From the NCBI RefSeq assembly GCF_009914755.1, contig NC_060943.1: a stretch of 64,000 bases of DNA; one strand, 5' to 3'. Position numbers and translations under genes: made by a program. This stretch comes from the human T2T-CHM13v2.0 reference genome, Homo sapiens. The notes beneath the pieces were generated by a model that saw nothing but the letters and a program-made list of their open reading frames with translations, did not search any database and had not been told where the DNA came from. This document shows, one piece after another, positions 1 to 20,694 of the stretch (within the stretch, counting starts at the first letter, position 1; each line of letters begins with the position of its first letter).

Positions 1-153
<153 letters not shown>

Positions 154-154
154 T

Positions 155-1080
<926 letters not shown>

Positions 1081-1907
1081 TTTTCTAAGCTCCTTTTCCT
1101 TGTTCTCTGCTGTGCCCCTTCTGTGGGAGCTGAGGCCCTGCACCCTTAGGCGTCCTCCTCGTGCCCCTCCTCCCTCCAATGTTACTGGGCCTGTTGTTGG
1201 GGTCTGTAGTGTTTCTGTATGGCTCTGCAGAGGCCAGGCTCACCGCCGGTTGGCCTTAGCTCAAGGTCCAGGTTCGTGTTGGCTGGGATTCCTGCCCAGG
1301 TCCATTTGGAATATTCCACTTGCGCGTGAAGCAAAGGCCCAAGTATATGAAGTGGCGTGCCCAGGCACAGAGCCCCTTTCTGTACACCCAGCTGCACGCG
1401 CGGGGAGGAGCTGACATCCCAAAAGGCCACGCAGAGGTGGGAGCTGGAGGACACAGCCCTGCAGTATCTGCTGGGGTGAGCCCTGCACCACTGGCAGCCC
1501 GCTCCCCAGCCTGGTGGGTAGGGCTGTTTTGGGAGGGCCTGCAAGTGTGGAAACCTACACTAAAAATAGCAGCCACATGCCTCCTGTGGGCGGCCCACGC
1601 TCACCTCTCCTGGCACCCTAGCGTGCCCGGAAGCAGCAGGGTGGGAGGGCACACCAGGCCCCACACAAGCCCATACTGTCCTTACACGTATGCATGAGGC
1701 TGGGTGAGCCATGCACACCCAAGGCCACCCTCCACAGCCCTGTATCCCATGCTAGGGTTTGGGGTGCCCCAGAAATCAGGAATCAGAATAGCTCCATTTG
1801 CAGGAAGACATCACAGCACACATGCAGCCATGATGCAGCTTCCCCAGTGGGTCCAGGCGGGCGCACTCCATCCACCTGCTATTCGGTTTGCAACAAAACT
1901 AACACTC

Positions 1908-2198
<291 letters not shown>

Positions 2199-2564
2199 TA
2201 AAACTAATGCTCATTAAACAGACAAGGGCAGCTTCCCGTCCACTGGTCAGATGTGGCTACTGGCCAGCTTGTGCTGTGATCCCCAGAAAGGTCTCTCCAG
2301 AGCATTCTCATTTCAGCATGGCAGGTTAGGGATTGAGGTGTCGTTCTCACCCCCAAATGTTGATGACCCCCGGGGAACCTCCAACCCTGTGGCCACATCC
2401 TGCTGTCTGCACCCTGAATATTTGGGCCTATATGCTCCCTTGCCCTCCCTCAGCCCTTTGGAGGGCCTCTCCTGCCCCCACTGGGCTCTGGGGCCTGCAG
2501 TTCCCAGCCTGGGCTTCGGGAAGGATTTCCGTGCCTGTTCAGGGACCTTTCAAGCACAGTTTTT

Positions 2565-3160
<596 letters not shown>

Positions 3161-3850
3161 AAAGTAAGTACTGTGGTGCAGGCCCCATGCCCAGCAGGGA
3201 GCTGCAGCCTCCCCTCAGCCACCTGTGGCCCCGGGGACGGGCCTGTCCTCCCCTCTTCCCCTGCTTCTCAGTGTGTGGACATCATGATGCTTTTGCTTTC
3301 GTCATTTGTGTGATTGCATCTTGGAACCAAGTGCTGTTTGCACGTGCAGGTGGGCTCCCAGGCAGGGGGTCTCTCTGAGTTGGCCTGTTTGGAGGTTTGT
3401 CCCAGCCAAGGGGCCCACCTGGCTGAACCCACCCTGCTCAGGGCTGCATCCTGTTTCCCTGTTGACTTTGCTGCAGCCCACGCTCCTTCCTGCCACTGCT
3501 TGTGGTTGGCTGCTGTTTGGAGCTGTCCCCGGCATTCCTGCACCCGAAGCCTGGGACAGGTGTACGCTTATGTGCTGGCAGCGGTTGGCGGGGGGGGTGT
3601 CGCCAAAGAGCGGGGATGCTGAGAATGGTCCCCTTGCTGGGCTGCAGGTGGGGAGGGATGCCTCCGGGATTCCCAGAGTCACTGGTGGCATGTGCCCCCC
3701 GCTGCCCTGCCCAGTGCCCCGCCCTGGGGACCCTGTAGTGAGTGCAGCAGCCACAGCCCACCCTTGTTGGGGGCTGTGGTCTTAGGGTGGGGACATCAGC
3801 CTGAGGGTCATTATTGGAGGTGGGGCCAGAATGTGGCTCCCGAATGACTC

Positions 3851-4143
3851 TTTTTTTTTTTTTGAGACGCAATCTTGCTCTGTCACCCAGGCTGGAGTGC
3901 AGTGGCACGATCTCAGCTCACTGCAGTCTCCACCTCCCAGGTTCAAGCAGTTCTCTGCCTCAGCCTCCCAAGTAGCTGGGATTACAGGCGTCTGCCACCA
4001 CACCCAGCTAATTTTTGTATTTTTAGTAGAGATGGGGTTTCACCATGTTGGCCAGGCTGGTCTCAAACTCCTGACCTCATGATCCACCCACCTTGGCCTC
4101 CCAAAGTGCTGGGATTACAGGTGTGAGCAACTGTGCCTGGCCG
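3851..4143 (-). mobile_element. Alu, full length
   Basis: Antisense Alu with poly(T) head. Confidence 0.93.
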
Positions 4144-4514
4144 GCTCCTGCATGACTCTTAGCCCAGGTGCAGCCCAGCAAGCATTAGCGTGTGGAGAGC
4201 CCAGCGGGCATTAGTGTGTGGAGAGGGCATGGCTAGTATAGGGGCTAGCGAGTAGAGCATGCTGTGTCGTCTTTCCTGTAGAGCTGGAGTGACCTGCTCA
4301 GGTGGGAAGTTTGGAGAGACTCCAGCTGAGTGGTTTGGGCGCTGCAGGGTTAACTTGAGACCCCAGTAGGAGGCTTCTGTATTTGTCCAGGCAAGAGAAG
4401 ATGTGGCTTGGGCCAGAATGAGGACAGAAGAGGCGAGAGGGCAGAAGAGGTGCTGGGACATGGGGGAGCCAGGTGGGGCATGGGGGGTTCCTAAGGAAGG
4501 GACAGGTTTGGGCA

Positions 4515-4722
4515 GTTGTGAATGTGCTCGTGTGTGTGCAAGTGAGTGGGAGCTGGCGTGCAGGCAGGACAGGAGTGCAGGCAGGACAGGAGTGTGAGCA
4601 TGTGTGTGTGCGTGTGAGCATATGTGCATGCACGTGCATGAATGTGTTTATGTGACTATGTGCATTGCTGTGAGTGTGCACACATGTGGCTGGGTGCATG
4701 TGTGTGAACACGTGTGATGTCT
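4515..4722 (+). repeat. TG-rich low-complexity repeat
   Basis: Degenerate gtgtgc/atgtgt units. Confidence 0.8.
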
Positions 4723-5579
4723 GTACAGCCTCCCTGGTGGGTGACTGGCGCTGGGCTGGAGACATGAGTTTGGGGAGCTTTGAGTGAGGGGTGATGGTGG
4801 CACTCCCAGGGTGGGGCTGAGAGGGGGCTGCTGGGCTTGGGAGTGGAGGGCCCAGGGGAAGTCTTTCCCCTAGCACCCTCTCCCAGGGTCTTCAGGCTGT
4901 GTGGGAGCCAGGACTGGGTCTGTCTCCTTGTGGCCTCTGTCCTTGGTGCAGTAATGACCACTGGGTAGTGGCCCTTGGGGTCAAGGGCATCCCTGGAGCC
5001 CTTGCCATAGATGCTGAGCTGGAGCAGGGCTGCCACCCCATACTGTTCAGGGGCCAGTCCCTCCCCTCTGGAGCTGATCACCCCAAACACTGTCCCCTCA
5101 GAAGGGTCGTAGTGCTCACTCACAGGAGCCTGTGTTTCTGCCTGTGTGTGGGGCACTGGGGCCCAGAGAGGCAGACACAGATGCGTGCAGCCACCAGCTT
5201 GGATGCAGGACCCCTGGGCTCAAACACTGCCTTCCAGTCTCAGCCTACAGTGAGTATGGGCGGGGCTGGAGGATGCAGCTCAGAGAGGAGGGTGCAGGGT
5301 TCCGGGGTGGGCCAAATGCCGGGTGGGAGCAGAGCAGGGCCGCAGGGACATGGGAGGGCCTCTCGCAGGACGGTTTCTCATGCCAGCCCTGGTCAAGGCA
5401 GCAGTGGTTTCCAGACACGGGGGTGCGTGTGTGAGGCAGGAACAGTACAAGCAGAGGGCCCCTGGGGAGAAGGCCTTTGACAGCAGGAAGAGGACCTGGC
5501 AGTAGGGACAGGAGTGAGGGAGAAGAAAAAGACAGCAGGGCCTGGGCAGCCCCGTCACGGGGCTGGCTTTGAATCTTAC

Positions 5580-6460
<881 letters not shown>

Positions 6461-7748
6461 TACAGATTGGGGGTTTATTTTAAATAGGATGGAAGCCTAC
6501 TGGTGTGTTTAAAACGGGAGCATAACACGATTTGAACTGAATGAATAAAGAGAAGAAAATGAAGGAGTCTCGGCAGCCACTTGCAGAGGGAGCAGGGAGG
6601 CCTGGGAGGAGGTCACGTGGGTGTCTGGGTGCGAGATGACACGGGCTAGTACCAGGGAGGGGGCTGACGATGGGCCCTGGAAGTCGAGCTGCTGGGAAGT
6701 GATCATGGGAGTGATGAGGCAGGCAGAGGAAAGGGACACCTCCAGCCTCTGTCCCTGCTTCTTCTACCCTGGCGGGCGCAGCCTCCAACTAGTGACCCCT
6801 CCTCTGGGCTTGGTCCTTCCCTGCATCGTGTGTGTCTGCTGGGCACTCCAAATGTGGTGCCTGGCCCCGCTAGCCCAGAATGCGGCCTGAAGATGGTGAG
6901 ACAGGCAAGGGCTAACCCCACCGGGTCCCCAGGGCCTGCAGCAGGTGCCACCTGGGGCCTGGCTAGGAGTTCAGGGGCCTGGGTGAAGCCTTTGGGACAG
7001 GGCTGTGAGGGCACTCAAGGGGTACCAGGTGGGCCCCGGCAGGCCCAGGATCTGGCCTTCCAAATCACAAAATGACTTTTGGTGTTATGTAACTCCATAG
7101 TCAAGCTATGTCTAAAAAATGGAGCATAAAAGCTATTTTGGGCCCATGGTAATGAGGGCATCTCGCCTTTGTCTTAGCCGTCCTGGGGGGAGGCAGCGTC
7201 GAAAGAGCTGCTCAGAGAGGCGGGTTCAGCCCAGACCCCAAGCAAGCCCTGTGTCAGCAGGCAGATGCCGTTTTCAAAAATCATTTGTTCCGCCTCGACC
7301 GGAGGTGGCTCCTGGCAGATCGCCCCGCGGTGCTCAGAATCCCAGAGGCCTGCGGGCGGCTGACCCGGGGCGAGCAGGGCTGGGCCTCCTCTGCCGTGTC
7401 TGGGATCTGACTTCCCTGAGGTTAGGTCCGGCACCTGTCAGAAACCAGGCCTGACATTTTCAAGATGGGCACAGGCCCGCTCCGGGAAGGCCCCAGGCCC
7501 GTCCATGTGGGCAGCGTCGGCGTCGGGCTTCTTGCCTGGGACCCAGGGGCCGCTCTTGGGGAGGGAGACCCTGTTTCAAGTGGCCAGCATCCCCGCCAGT
7601 GGTTTGCATTATTCAATTGGTGATAAGATTTAAAATTAAACTGCAAAGGATCTGTTCCCCCAGCTACAAATAGACGTGTGCTTGCACATTCCAGAACACA
7701 AGTGTGCACCAAGAGATGTGTTTTGAGTCAAGGTGGAGAAAAAGTGAG

Positions 7749-9470
<1,722 letters not shown>

Positions 9471-9924
9471 GGCAACCCACAGCAGACATTCTGCCAAGTC
9501 CATCATCACTGGCCCTTACTGAGGTCCCCCAGCCTCCTCTGGGTCTGCCCAGGAGGTGCTGTGACGTACTTCACCCCATGATCCAGCACATGGGAGTACC
9601 TAGGTCACCGTGCAGCCGGGGTCTCAGCAGAGGCCGGAGTCTGCCCTGAGTCACCAGAGGCTGTGGGTTTTGGGGATATGCACCAGAGACCCCCACACCT
9701 ATGCATCCGCTGACTAAGTTCCAGATGAGATTCATCCCAGCCTTGCTGCCATCCTGCCATGGGGAGCTTGCAGCCCTGAATGGGAGACGAGAAAACATGC
9801 CAAGCAGTTATCAACTTGTCTGGGGCCCCTTGGCTGGGGAGAGGAGACCTGGGGTGTGGACGCAGGCCACAGGCATGCCAGGTGCCTCCCAGCTGGCTTC
9901 AGAGATGCTGGGGGAGTGGATTGG

Positions 9925-10200
9925 AGAGTATCCCCCAGACATATGCGCCCATGTCCTAAGTCCTGGAACGTGTGACTCTGGCCTTACGTGGAAAAAAGGT
10001 CTTTGGGGGTGTGATGAAGTGAAAGACCTTGAGATGAGATCGTCTTGGATTTAGGATTGGCCCCGAATCCCATGACTGGTGTCCTTATTTAAAGAGGAGA
10101 AGACACAGGCACACAGCGAGAAGGCCACGTGATGAAGGAGGCAGAGACCAGAGTGATGCGGCCACAAGCCAAGGAGGCCAAGGACTGCTGACGGCCACCA
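9925..10200 (+). mobile_element. MLT1-type LTR (sense, partial)
   Basis: ...gagatgagatcgtcttggatttagg...catgactggtgtccttatt...ggccacgtgatgaaggaggcagaga. Confidence 0.72.
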
Positions 10201-10204
10201 GTTT

Positions 10205-10900
10205 TTGAATGGACATGATGTTCACATAACATGAAATTAAGCATTTTAGAGCATGCCGTGGTGGCGTGTAGCACACTCCCAGTGCTGTGCAACCTTCCCT
10301 TCTGTCTGCGCCCAGAACATTTCCATCTCCCCAGAGGGAGACCTCACCCCGCAGGTAGTCACTCCCCATTTCCACTCCCAGCCCCAGGCAACCACTAATC
10401 TGTCTCTGTGGCTTTGCCTATTCTGGATATTTCATATCAATGAAAATCTGACACCATGTGGCCTTTTATGTCTGGCTTCTGTCACTCAGCATCGTGTTTT
10501 CGAGGTTTGTCCATGCTGTAGCATGGATCAGTGCTACAGTCTTTTTTTTTTGAGACAGGGTCTTGCTCTCTTGCCCAGGCTGGAGTGCAGAGGTGCAATC
10601 TCGGCTCACTACATCCTCTGCCTCCTGGGTTCAAGCGATTCTTCTGCCTCAGCCTCCCAAGTACCTGGGATTACAGGCATGGGGCACCACTCCTGGCTAA
10701 TTTTTGTATTTTTGGTAGAGATGGGGTTTCACCATGTTGGCCAGGCTGGTCTCAAACTCCTGACCTCAAGTGATCCACCTGCCACAGCCTCCCAAAGTGC
10801 TGGGATTACAGGCCTGAGCCACTGTAATTGCCCGGCCTACAATCATATTTTGTTGTACGGATGGACCACATTTTGTTTATCCATTTATTTGGTGGGTTTT
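10205..10900 (-). mobile_element. L1M 3' end relic with an antisense Alu (~10542-10836)
   Basis: Third copy of the L1M 3' text (ccccaggcaaccactaatctg...ttctggatatttcatatcaatg). Confidence 0.78.
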
Positions 10901-12029
10901 GTCTTTCGGATGTTGTTAACCGTCCACCTACCGTTTGTAAGTTTGTTGACATCTTATCTCCAATCTCCCCATGGGGAGAGACGGAGACCTGTCTCTTCCC
11001 ATCTGCCTTAGCATCCTTGCTTCTGAAGACAGCTCTCAGGAAGTAGCAGGGCGTGAGGAAGGGATGAAGGGTGGGTGTCTGTGTCACCACAGCCCAGAGG
11101 TGCGGAGCCACGTGGTGTCTCCATGCTGTGGCTTAAAGTGTTGGAAGTTTGTGGCCAAGGCCAGTTCACCGGGGACCCCAGGTCCAGTATGGGTTTCCTA
11201 ACGGTGGGCTTGCGTCACATTAGATAAAAGACCTGAGAGAGAACTCTGGAGGGCAAGGGGGCATCTGGTTGGTATTTCTGCCTGATTGCCATTTGTCTGG
11301 GGCCTGGAGAGGGAGCCTTAGCTATGTGTTTCGATGTGGTCAGATGGCCTGTGGGCAACAGGGCAGTTGCCCTGCAGGGACACTGGTCTCAGATGGAGTG
11401 AGACAGCCCCTGCGTCGACCCACCTTGCTGCCTGTGCCAGCTCCACAGCAGCCTCGTCAGTGTGGGGCACATTGCACACGCCACCGTCATCTCAGTTGTC
11501 CCCGTGCGCTTGGAGCCTCCGGGAGGGAGGATGCACGTTGGCGTGTTAATGGCGATGGCATTCCACCGTCACCCCAGGCAGAAGCAGACACTGTATGCTG
11601 CACTTATGAGACATGTGAAACCTCCCTGCACAGAACAGAGCATCCCACATATGTGGTCATGGGAGTTGAGAGAGCGACACCGTGAGCCCAGGCTTGTTCC
11701 CTGGGCTCCAGGCGGGAACCGGCGGGGCGGACAGGCTCCTCGGCAGCATCGACACGGCTCCCTCGTCCCCTCTGCAGATGGTGAGGCCCCAGGAGGGAGC
11801 AGTGACAGCTGATCAGTCTGTGGGGTGGGGTGTGTGGGTGCGTGGGGTGTTGTTCTCTGCACTCGCTAGGAGTCAATTTCATTTTCATCTTAGAGGTGAT
11901 GGGTTGTTGCTGTGTGTGGGGGGATTCCATGATGAGCTGGCTCTAGGATCAAGGGACCTGGGGTGTTCAGGTTCTCAGCCCTGCCCTGGAAGGGGAGACA
12001 GCAGCACCTATTGGGACTGGGGGGCCATG

Positions 12030-12470
12030 TGTGAGTTTCTGGTGGCTGCTGTAATATATTAAAGTACTACACCTGGGCTGCTTAGAACAAGAATGTCTTC
12101 TCTCATGGTTCTAGAGCCTGGAAGTCTAAAATCCAGGTGTCGGCAGGGCCGAGCTTCCTCTGGAGGCTCTGGGGAGGAATCTTTCCTGCCTCTTCCAGCT
12201 TTCAGTGGCTCCAGCCGTTCCTTGGCTTGTGGCTGCATCGCCCCAATCCCGGCCGTCCCCCTCTGCATCTGTGTCTCATCTTCTGTCTCTTAAAAGGGCA
12301 GCAGTCACCCGATGTAGGGTCCTCCCGGCTAATCTAGGATGATTTCTTCATCCCAAGATCCTTCCCTTAATTATGTCTGAAAAGACTGTTTTTTCAAATA
12401 AGGTCATACTCTCAGGTTCCAGGGATGAGGAGGTGGATATAACCTTTTGGGGACACCGTGAATTCACTCC
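12030..12470 (-). mobile_element. MLT1-type LTR
   Basis: gtggctgctgtaa...ttctagagcctggaagtctaaaatccaggtgtcggcagggcc...ttttcaaataaggtcatactc. Confidence 0.75.
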
Positions 12471-14069
12471 CCAGTAGCTGAGCTGACCTGCATCGAGCGC
12501 TTGGGATCTGCCTCTCACCCTCTTGGTTGCCTTGGCAGTTCCCTAAGGCCTCTGACCCTGTCACCCCCTGCCCAGCTTCCCTCAGCACACTGGCCCCACC
12601 CAGGAGCGCTCCTGTTGGTCCGTCCCTTGGACCCGCCTGGAGCTGGGGGGTGTCCCCTTTGTCCTGAGTACACACCCAGGAGACCCCTGTATGCTTCACC
12701 TTGGGGAGCTCAGTATCTTTTCTTCATAGCACTCTAGGCCAGCGTCCCTGTGCGAGACCCCCTTGCTCCCTAGTGCCCCTGCCTGGCCCCTCATGGCAAT
12801 GCTGAGGGGGAGGCCTCCTGTGACCTCTGACCTCTGCAGGCCTCTGCACCTCCAGCCCCTTCTCTCCCCCAGCTCGGGCCTGAGGCCAGCACCCCTTAGG
12901 TGGCTTGATCCATCTCAGTTGTCCCTCCCTGTGGCCTCCAGGGAGCCCCTGTCCAGCTCCCAGAATCCTTGCTCTCTGTCATCGCTTGGTTTCTGGGTTC
13001 CTGCCTGTCTCTATCCTGGAGAGGAGAAGGAGGAGGACCCAGAACCTAGGAGGCCTCGGCCACCCTCCTGGAGCGGAGGTTGGGGCAGCCTGGCCAGCCG
13101 TCCCCACACACGGGCCCCTGGGTTCAGCGTTGGAGAAGGCATCAGTGCCAGACCTGTGGCTATGCGTGCTCACAGGGGCACCAGGCTGCCGGCTGGACCT
13201 GGCTTGGCCACTTGCATCCCTGGGGAGGCCTGGCCGTCCTTGGCGCCAGCCCCTCCTCCCTCTTCCTGAGCCTCCCACCTCTCTGGCCTGTGTTAGGGGC
13301 TTCTTTCTCCTCTTCTGAGTCTAATTCTGTCTTTCTCGCGTGGCTCAGGTATTCCGCCACCTTCCCCCAACACAGCCTGCATGGTCTCCCTCTCCTGGCT
13401 TACAGGGTCCGCCTCGGCCCTCCCGTGTTCTGGAGAATTCCTCTCTCCCCGTGTGTCGCGCTTCCGGGGCTGCCGGTCACCCTGGCTGCTCCTGCTGCCC
13501 AGATCCCCTGGGGACATCCCAGGGACGGGGGCCACCCAGCCTCAGCCCAGGTCTGCCTGTGCCCATGCAGATCTGCAGTAAAGATGTTCTAGAAAGTGCT
13601 TCCTCCCGACTCATGTACCGCGCCCTCGATCTTCTCTGGAGTTGAGGCCGGGCCCTGGAACAGGCTCCAGCTCCTTGTTCTCCCAGCTGGTGATGCAGGA
13701 ACATCTTTGCGCATAAATCTGCGTTCTGGATGATTTCCCTCAGGAGAGCTTCCCAGAAGTGGGATTACCAGGTTAGAGGGCAGGAACGTTGCTCAGGCAC
13801 TCGGCGGACGCTGCCAAATGGCTCAGCCGGCGCTCCCAGCCACCTGCCTCTCAGAGCCCCATGCATTTCCAGCACCGCTGACGTGTGCCGGCCTCGCTTC
13901 ACCCCTCGGTCCCCGGGGGACAGCAGAGGAGGCCCAGGCCCGGGAGGGGAGCTGGCTGCCCCAGAGGAGCCCTCAGGCGGCCAGCTATAGGGATGAGGTG
14001 AGAGCCATGGGCATCTGCTTCCTTGGGATGGTTCTTAGAGTGGGCTGGAGGTGACCTGGGGTTTGGTGA

Positions 14070-15805
<1,736 letters not shown>

Positions 15806-15921
15806 TGAGGTTGCACAGAGGTTGGGAGAATGTCCCGTCCCGGCCCATCTCTGCCTCTCCACCCCCTTATGTTACTAGGTGAAGAATTGTACATTAGCCT
15901 CATTTGAAACTTTATTTCCAG

Positions 15922-15960
15922 GCCTCTTCAGCTTCAATCGCTGCCCAGGATGCATTGTGG
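15922..15960 (+). CDS. Candidate 39-nt in-frame cassette exon (ASSASIAAQDALW) in CRTC1 intron 1; unverified
   Basis: Acceptor ctttatttccag|, donor TGG|gtaagc, phase 0-0, no stop. Lies in apparently unique AT-rich sequence. Confidence 0.45.
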
Positions 15961-16100
15961 GTAAGCAAAACCAGGACAATGGGCTTGGGCTTAAAAGTAT
16001 CAGAGATCCCGATTTCATTCATTCCTGACACCAAGTCACTTGAAAAAGCAGTCGTAACATCACAGAGCAGCTCCGGGGAAGTTCTCCGTGCCTTATCCTC

Positions 16101-17615
<1,515 letters not shown>

Positions 17616-18580
17616 TTAGCCATGCAGCTCCCCACACAGATCGAGGTGGGATGGTGCTGGGTGCCAGCCATCCTGTGCTTATGTCCTGTCCAAGGCCGGC
17701 CGTGGCTTCTGATGGCTTACCCTGGGAAGGTGGCCTGCACCTTCAGCTGGCCCTGCTGGTGGCGTTGGTGGGGATGGGCTCTCCTGAGGGCCTCAGCAGC
17801 CCTTACGAGGTAAGGGCTTTTTGCCGTGTGTAGATCCCACGAAGCACATCACCAGCTCCTCACTCAGGGTCCCTCCTGCCTCCCCTGGATCTGCTGGGGC
17901 ATGTCCCAGGCAGGGGGCGCCTGGTGAACACCGAGCCCCCCTGCTTCACACGCTACCTGGTGCAGCCCCTGGACTTTGGGGTGGAGTCGGGGTCACATTC
18001 ACAGGGCCTTCCGGGTAGGCCTGTCTTCAGGATGGGCCCTTCTCCCAGTGTACTGGGGCCCCCCTACGCCCTACAGCCCTGCCGTGGAGTCACCGGCTGG
18101 GTGTTCGCCGCTCCTTGTGCTGTCCTGGTTTGGGCTTCATCTGCACCCTCCCCGTCCCTCTGCAGTGACTACCATGAGAGCTGGCCTGGCCTGGTCTCTG
18201 CTCCCTGTGTCCAGCCTCCACTCCCACCCCTGCAGTTCCTGCTGCCCGACCCGCTGCCTACCTCATCCTTCATCCCGGACGGTTCCTGTAACCACCCCTC
18301 CCAACTCCCTAGTCTCAGGATCCCTGCCCCCTCTGGGCCCTTATTGACCCTACTCTTCAGCCAGTGGTGTCCCCCTTGGTCCCCCTACTCCTGGGGACCA
18401 GCCCAGAAGCCACCAGTGGCCCCCCTGGCTGTCTCCTCCTGGTGTGCCCCGAGTCGTGGCCTTAGTTGAGTCCCATGTCCAGAGGGAGCTTGGAGAGGGA
18501 AGGGCTTGTCCCAGGCCCTCCACAGTTCCGGGGCTGAGTATCCTTCCCTCCCTCCCTCCTTCCCTCCTTCCCTCCTTCCC

Positions 18581-19190
18581 TTTTTTAAGAGACAGTGTCT
18601 CGCTGTCACCCAGGTTGGAGTGCAGTGAGTGGTACAATCTTGGCTCACAGCACCCTCCACCTCCTGGACTCAAACAGTACTGCCTCTGCCTCCCGTGTTG
18701 CTGGGACTACAGGTGTGTGCCAATGTGCTCAGCCTGGGCTAATTTTCTTAGGCTGCCATAGCAAAGCACCATGAATCAGGTGGCTTAAGACAATAGAAAT
18801 GTCTTGTCTCTCATCTCTGAAGGCCAGAAGCCTAAGATCAAGGAGTCAGCGTGGCTGGTTCCTCCTGAGGCCATGAGGGAGAGCCAGTCTCAGGCCCCTT
18901 TCCAGCTCCTGGTGGCCCAGCGATCCTCGGCAGGCTCTTGACTTGTAGACGCGGCACCCCGATCTCTGCCTTTATTGCCGCTTGGCCCACTTTCCTCAGT
19001 GTCTCTGTCCTCCCCTCTCATGGGGGCACCAGTCATTGGATGCAGGGACCTCCTTAATTCCAGGATGATCTCATTTCAAGATCCCGCACTAATTACATCT
19101 GCAGAAACTCTCTCTTTTCAAATAAGGTCACGTTCCGAGGTTTTGGTGGACATGAGTTTCAGGGGAGCTGTGAGTCCATCTAACACAGGA
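18581..19190 (-). mobile_element. Alu half (~18581-18745) followed by an MLT1-type LTR
   Basis: Antisense Alu right arm; ggctgccatagcaaagcacc...tctgaaggccagaagcctaagatcaagg...ttttcaaataaggtcacgttc. Confidence 0.72.
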
Positions 19191-19749
19191 CCCGATTCAT
19201 CCTGGGCTGCCTGGCCTTGAACTCTGGGCTGCTCCTGCTACCTTGTGCTGCCTCCAGCTGGACAGCAGGCCCCCCGCTAGCCCCCTTGCGTCCCCAGCCC
19301 GTGAACCCCACCGAGCAGGCACGTTGCTTATCTTCGGGAGACTCATTCCAGAAACACCGCCCACAGCTTCCTGCTCGTCACACCTCGGCTGCCTGGCTGC
19401 CCCGGGGGGTGGGGGGAAGGCACTGCTGGTCACCTTTGTACCACAGACACTTGGCCCTTTAGGGCTAGCGCACACTGGAGCCCGACCCAGGAACCCCCTC
19501 TCCTCACCCACCCTGCACCCCGGGGGCTCCTGCAGGGAGAGTCCTGGGCTCCGTGGGCTTCACCTGGGTTTGGCTGCCTGTGGTTGCCCCCTGATGACTT
19601 GGGATGTGGGGCGATTCTGGGCTGCCCAGTTTCAGATACACCTGTCTATGGACAGTTCCTGTAATTCCTGGGGGTGATGCTGGGCCCCCAGGGGCAGGGC
19701 ATGTTGGCCTGCAGAAAGACACAGGCAGGCGGCTTATTTGTGAGCAGGT

Positions 19750-20150
19750 GCCACAGACTGAATTCTGTCTCCCACAAACTCACAAGTTGAAGCCTTCACC
19801 CCCAGCGAGGCTGTATTTGGAGGTGGGGCTGTTAGGAGGTAGTTAAGGTTAAATCAAGCCATAAAGGGGGGGTCCCGATCTCTAGGATTGGAGGCCTTGT
19901 AAGAAGAAGAAGAGAGATCTCTAAGCACACACAGCTGGGAGAGGCCATTCGAGGACTCAGAAGGTTGGCCCCCCAGGGCCAGGAAAGGCGCTGTACCTGG
20001 AACCTGGTCTGGGTACTGCTGGGCCCTGATCTTGGACTTCCAGCCTCCAGAAGGAAGGCATTCTGTCCAGAGGAAGACATTTCTGTCATTTAAGCTGCTT
20101 GGTCTTTGGTATTTTATCATGGCAGCCTGGGCTGCTAAGACAGAGGATTA
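19750..20150 (+). mobile_element. MaLR LTR (MLT1/MST-type)
   Basis: ctgtatttggaggtggggc...cttgtaagaagaag...gatcttggacttccagcctccagaa...ggtattttatcatggcagcc. Confidence 0.72.
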
Positions 20151-20401
20151 TTTTGGATGCAGGGATTGGGGGTCTGGCAGGGCTTCCTGGGGAGGTAGTG
20201 CTTGAACTGAGTCCCAGATGATGAATGGGAACTGTTGTGGAAGGTTCCAGACAAGGGCTTCGTGGGTGCAGAGCCCAGCAGCAAAAGGCAGAGGAGGGCC
20301 TTGAGTGCCACCAGTGGGGAGTTGGGGTTTGCCTCTGGGGGAAGGAAAAGAGAGCTTTAAACCTGGGGATACTCCAGAAGCCTTTCAGAATAACTACAGG
20401 A

Positions 20402-20694
<293 letters not shown>

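Noticed and set aside
10253-11011. 252-aa ORF, and many similar ORFs containing [13 protein letters not shown] / [13 protein letters not shown]
   Set aside because: These are translations of Alu and L1 sequence, not genes.
17907-17920. CTCF-like motif CAGGCAGGGGGCGC
   Set aside because: Mismatches at the 5' core positions, and such matches are frequent in GC-rich DNA.
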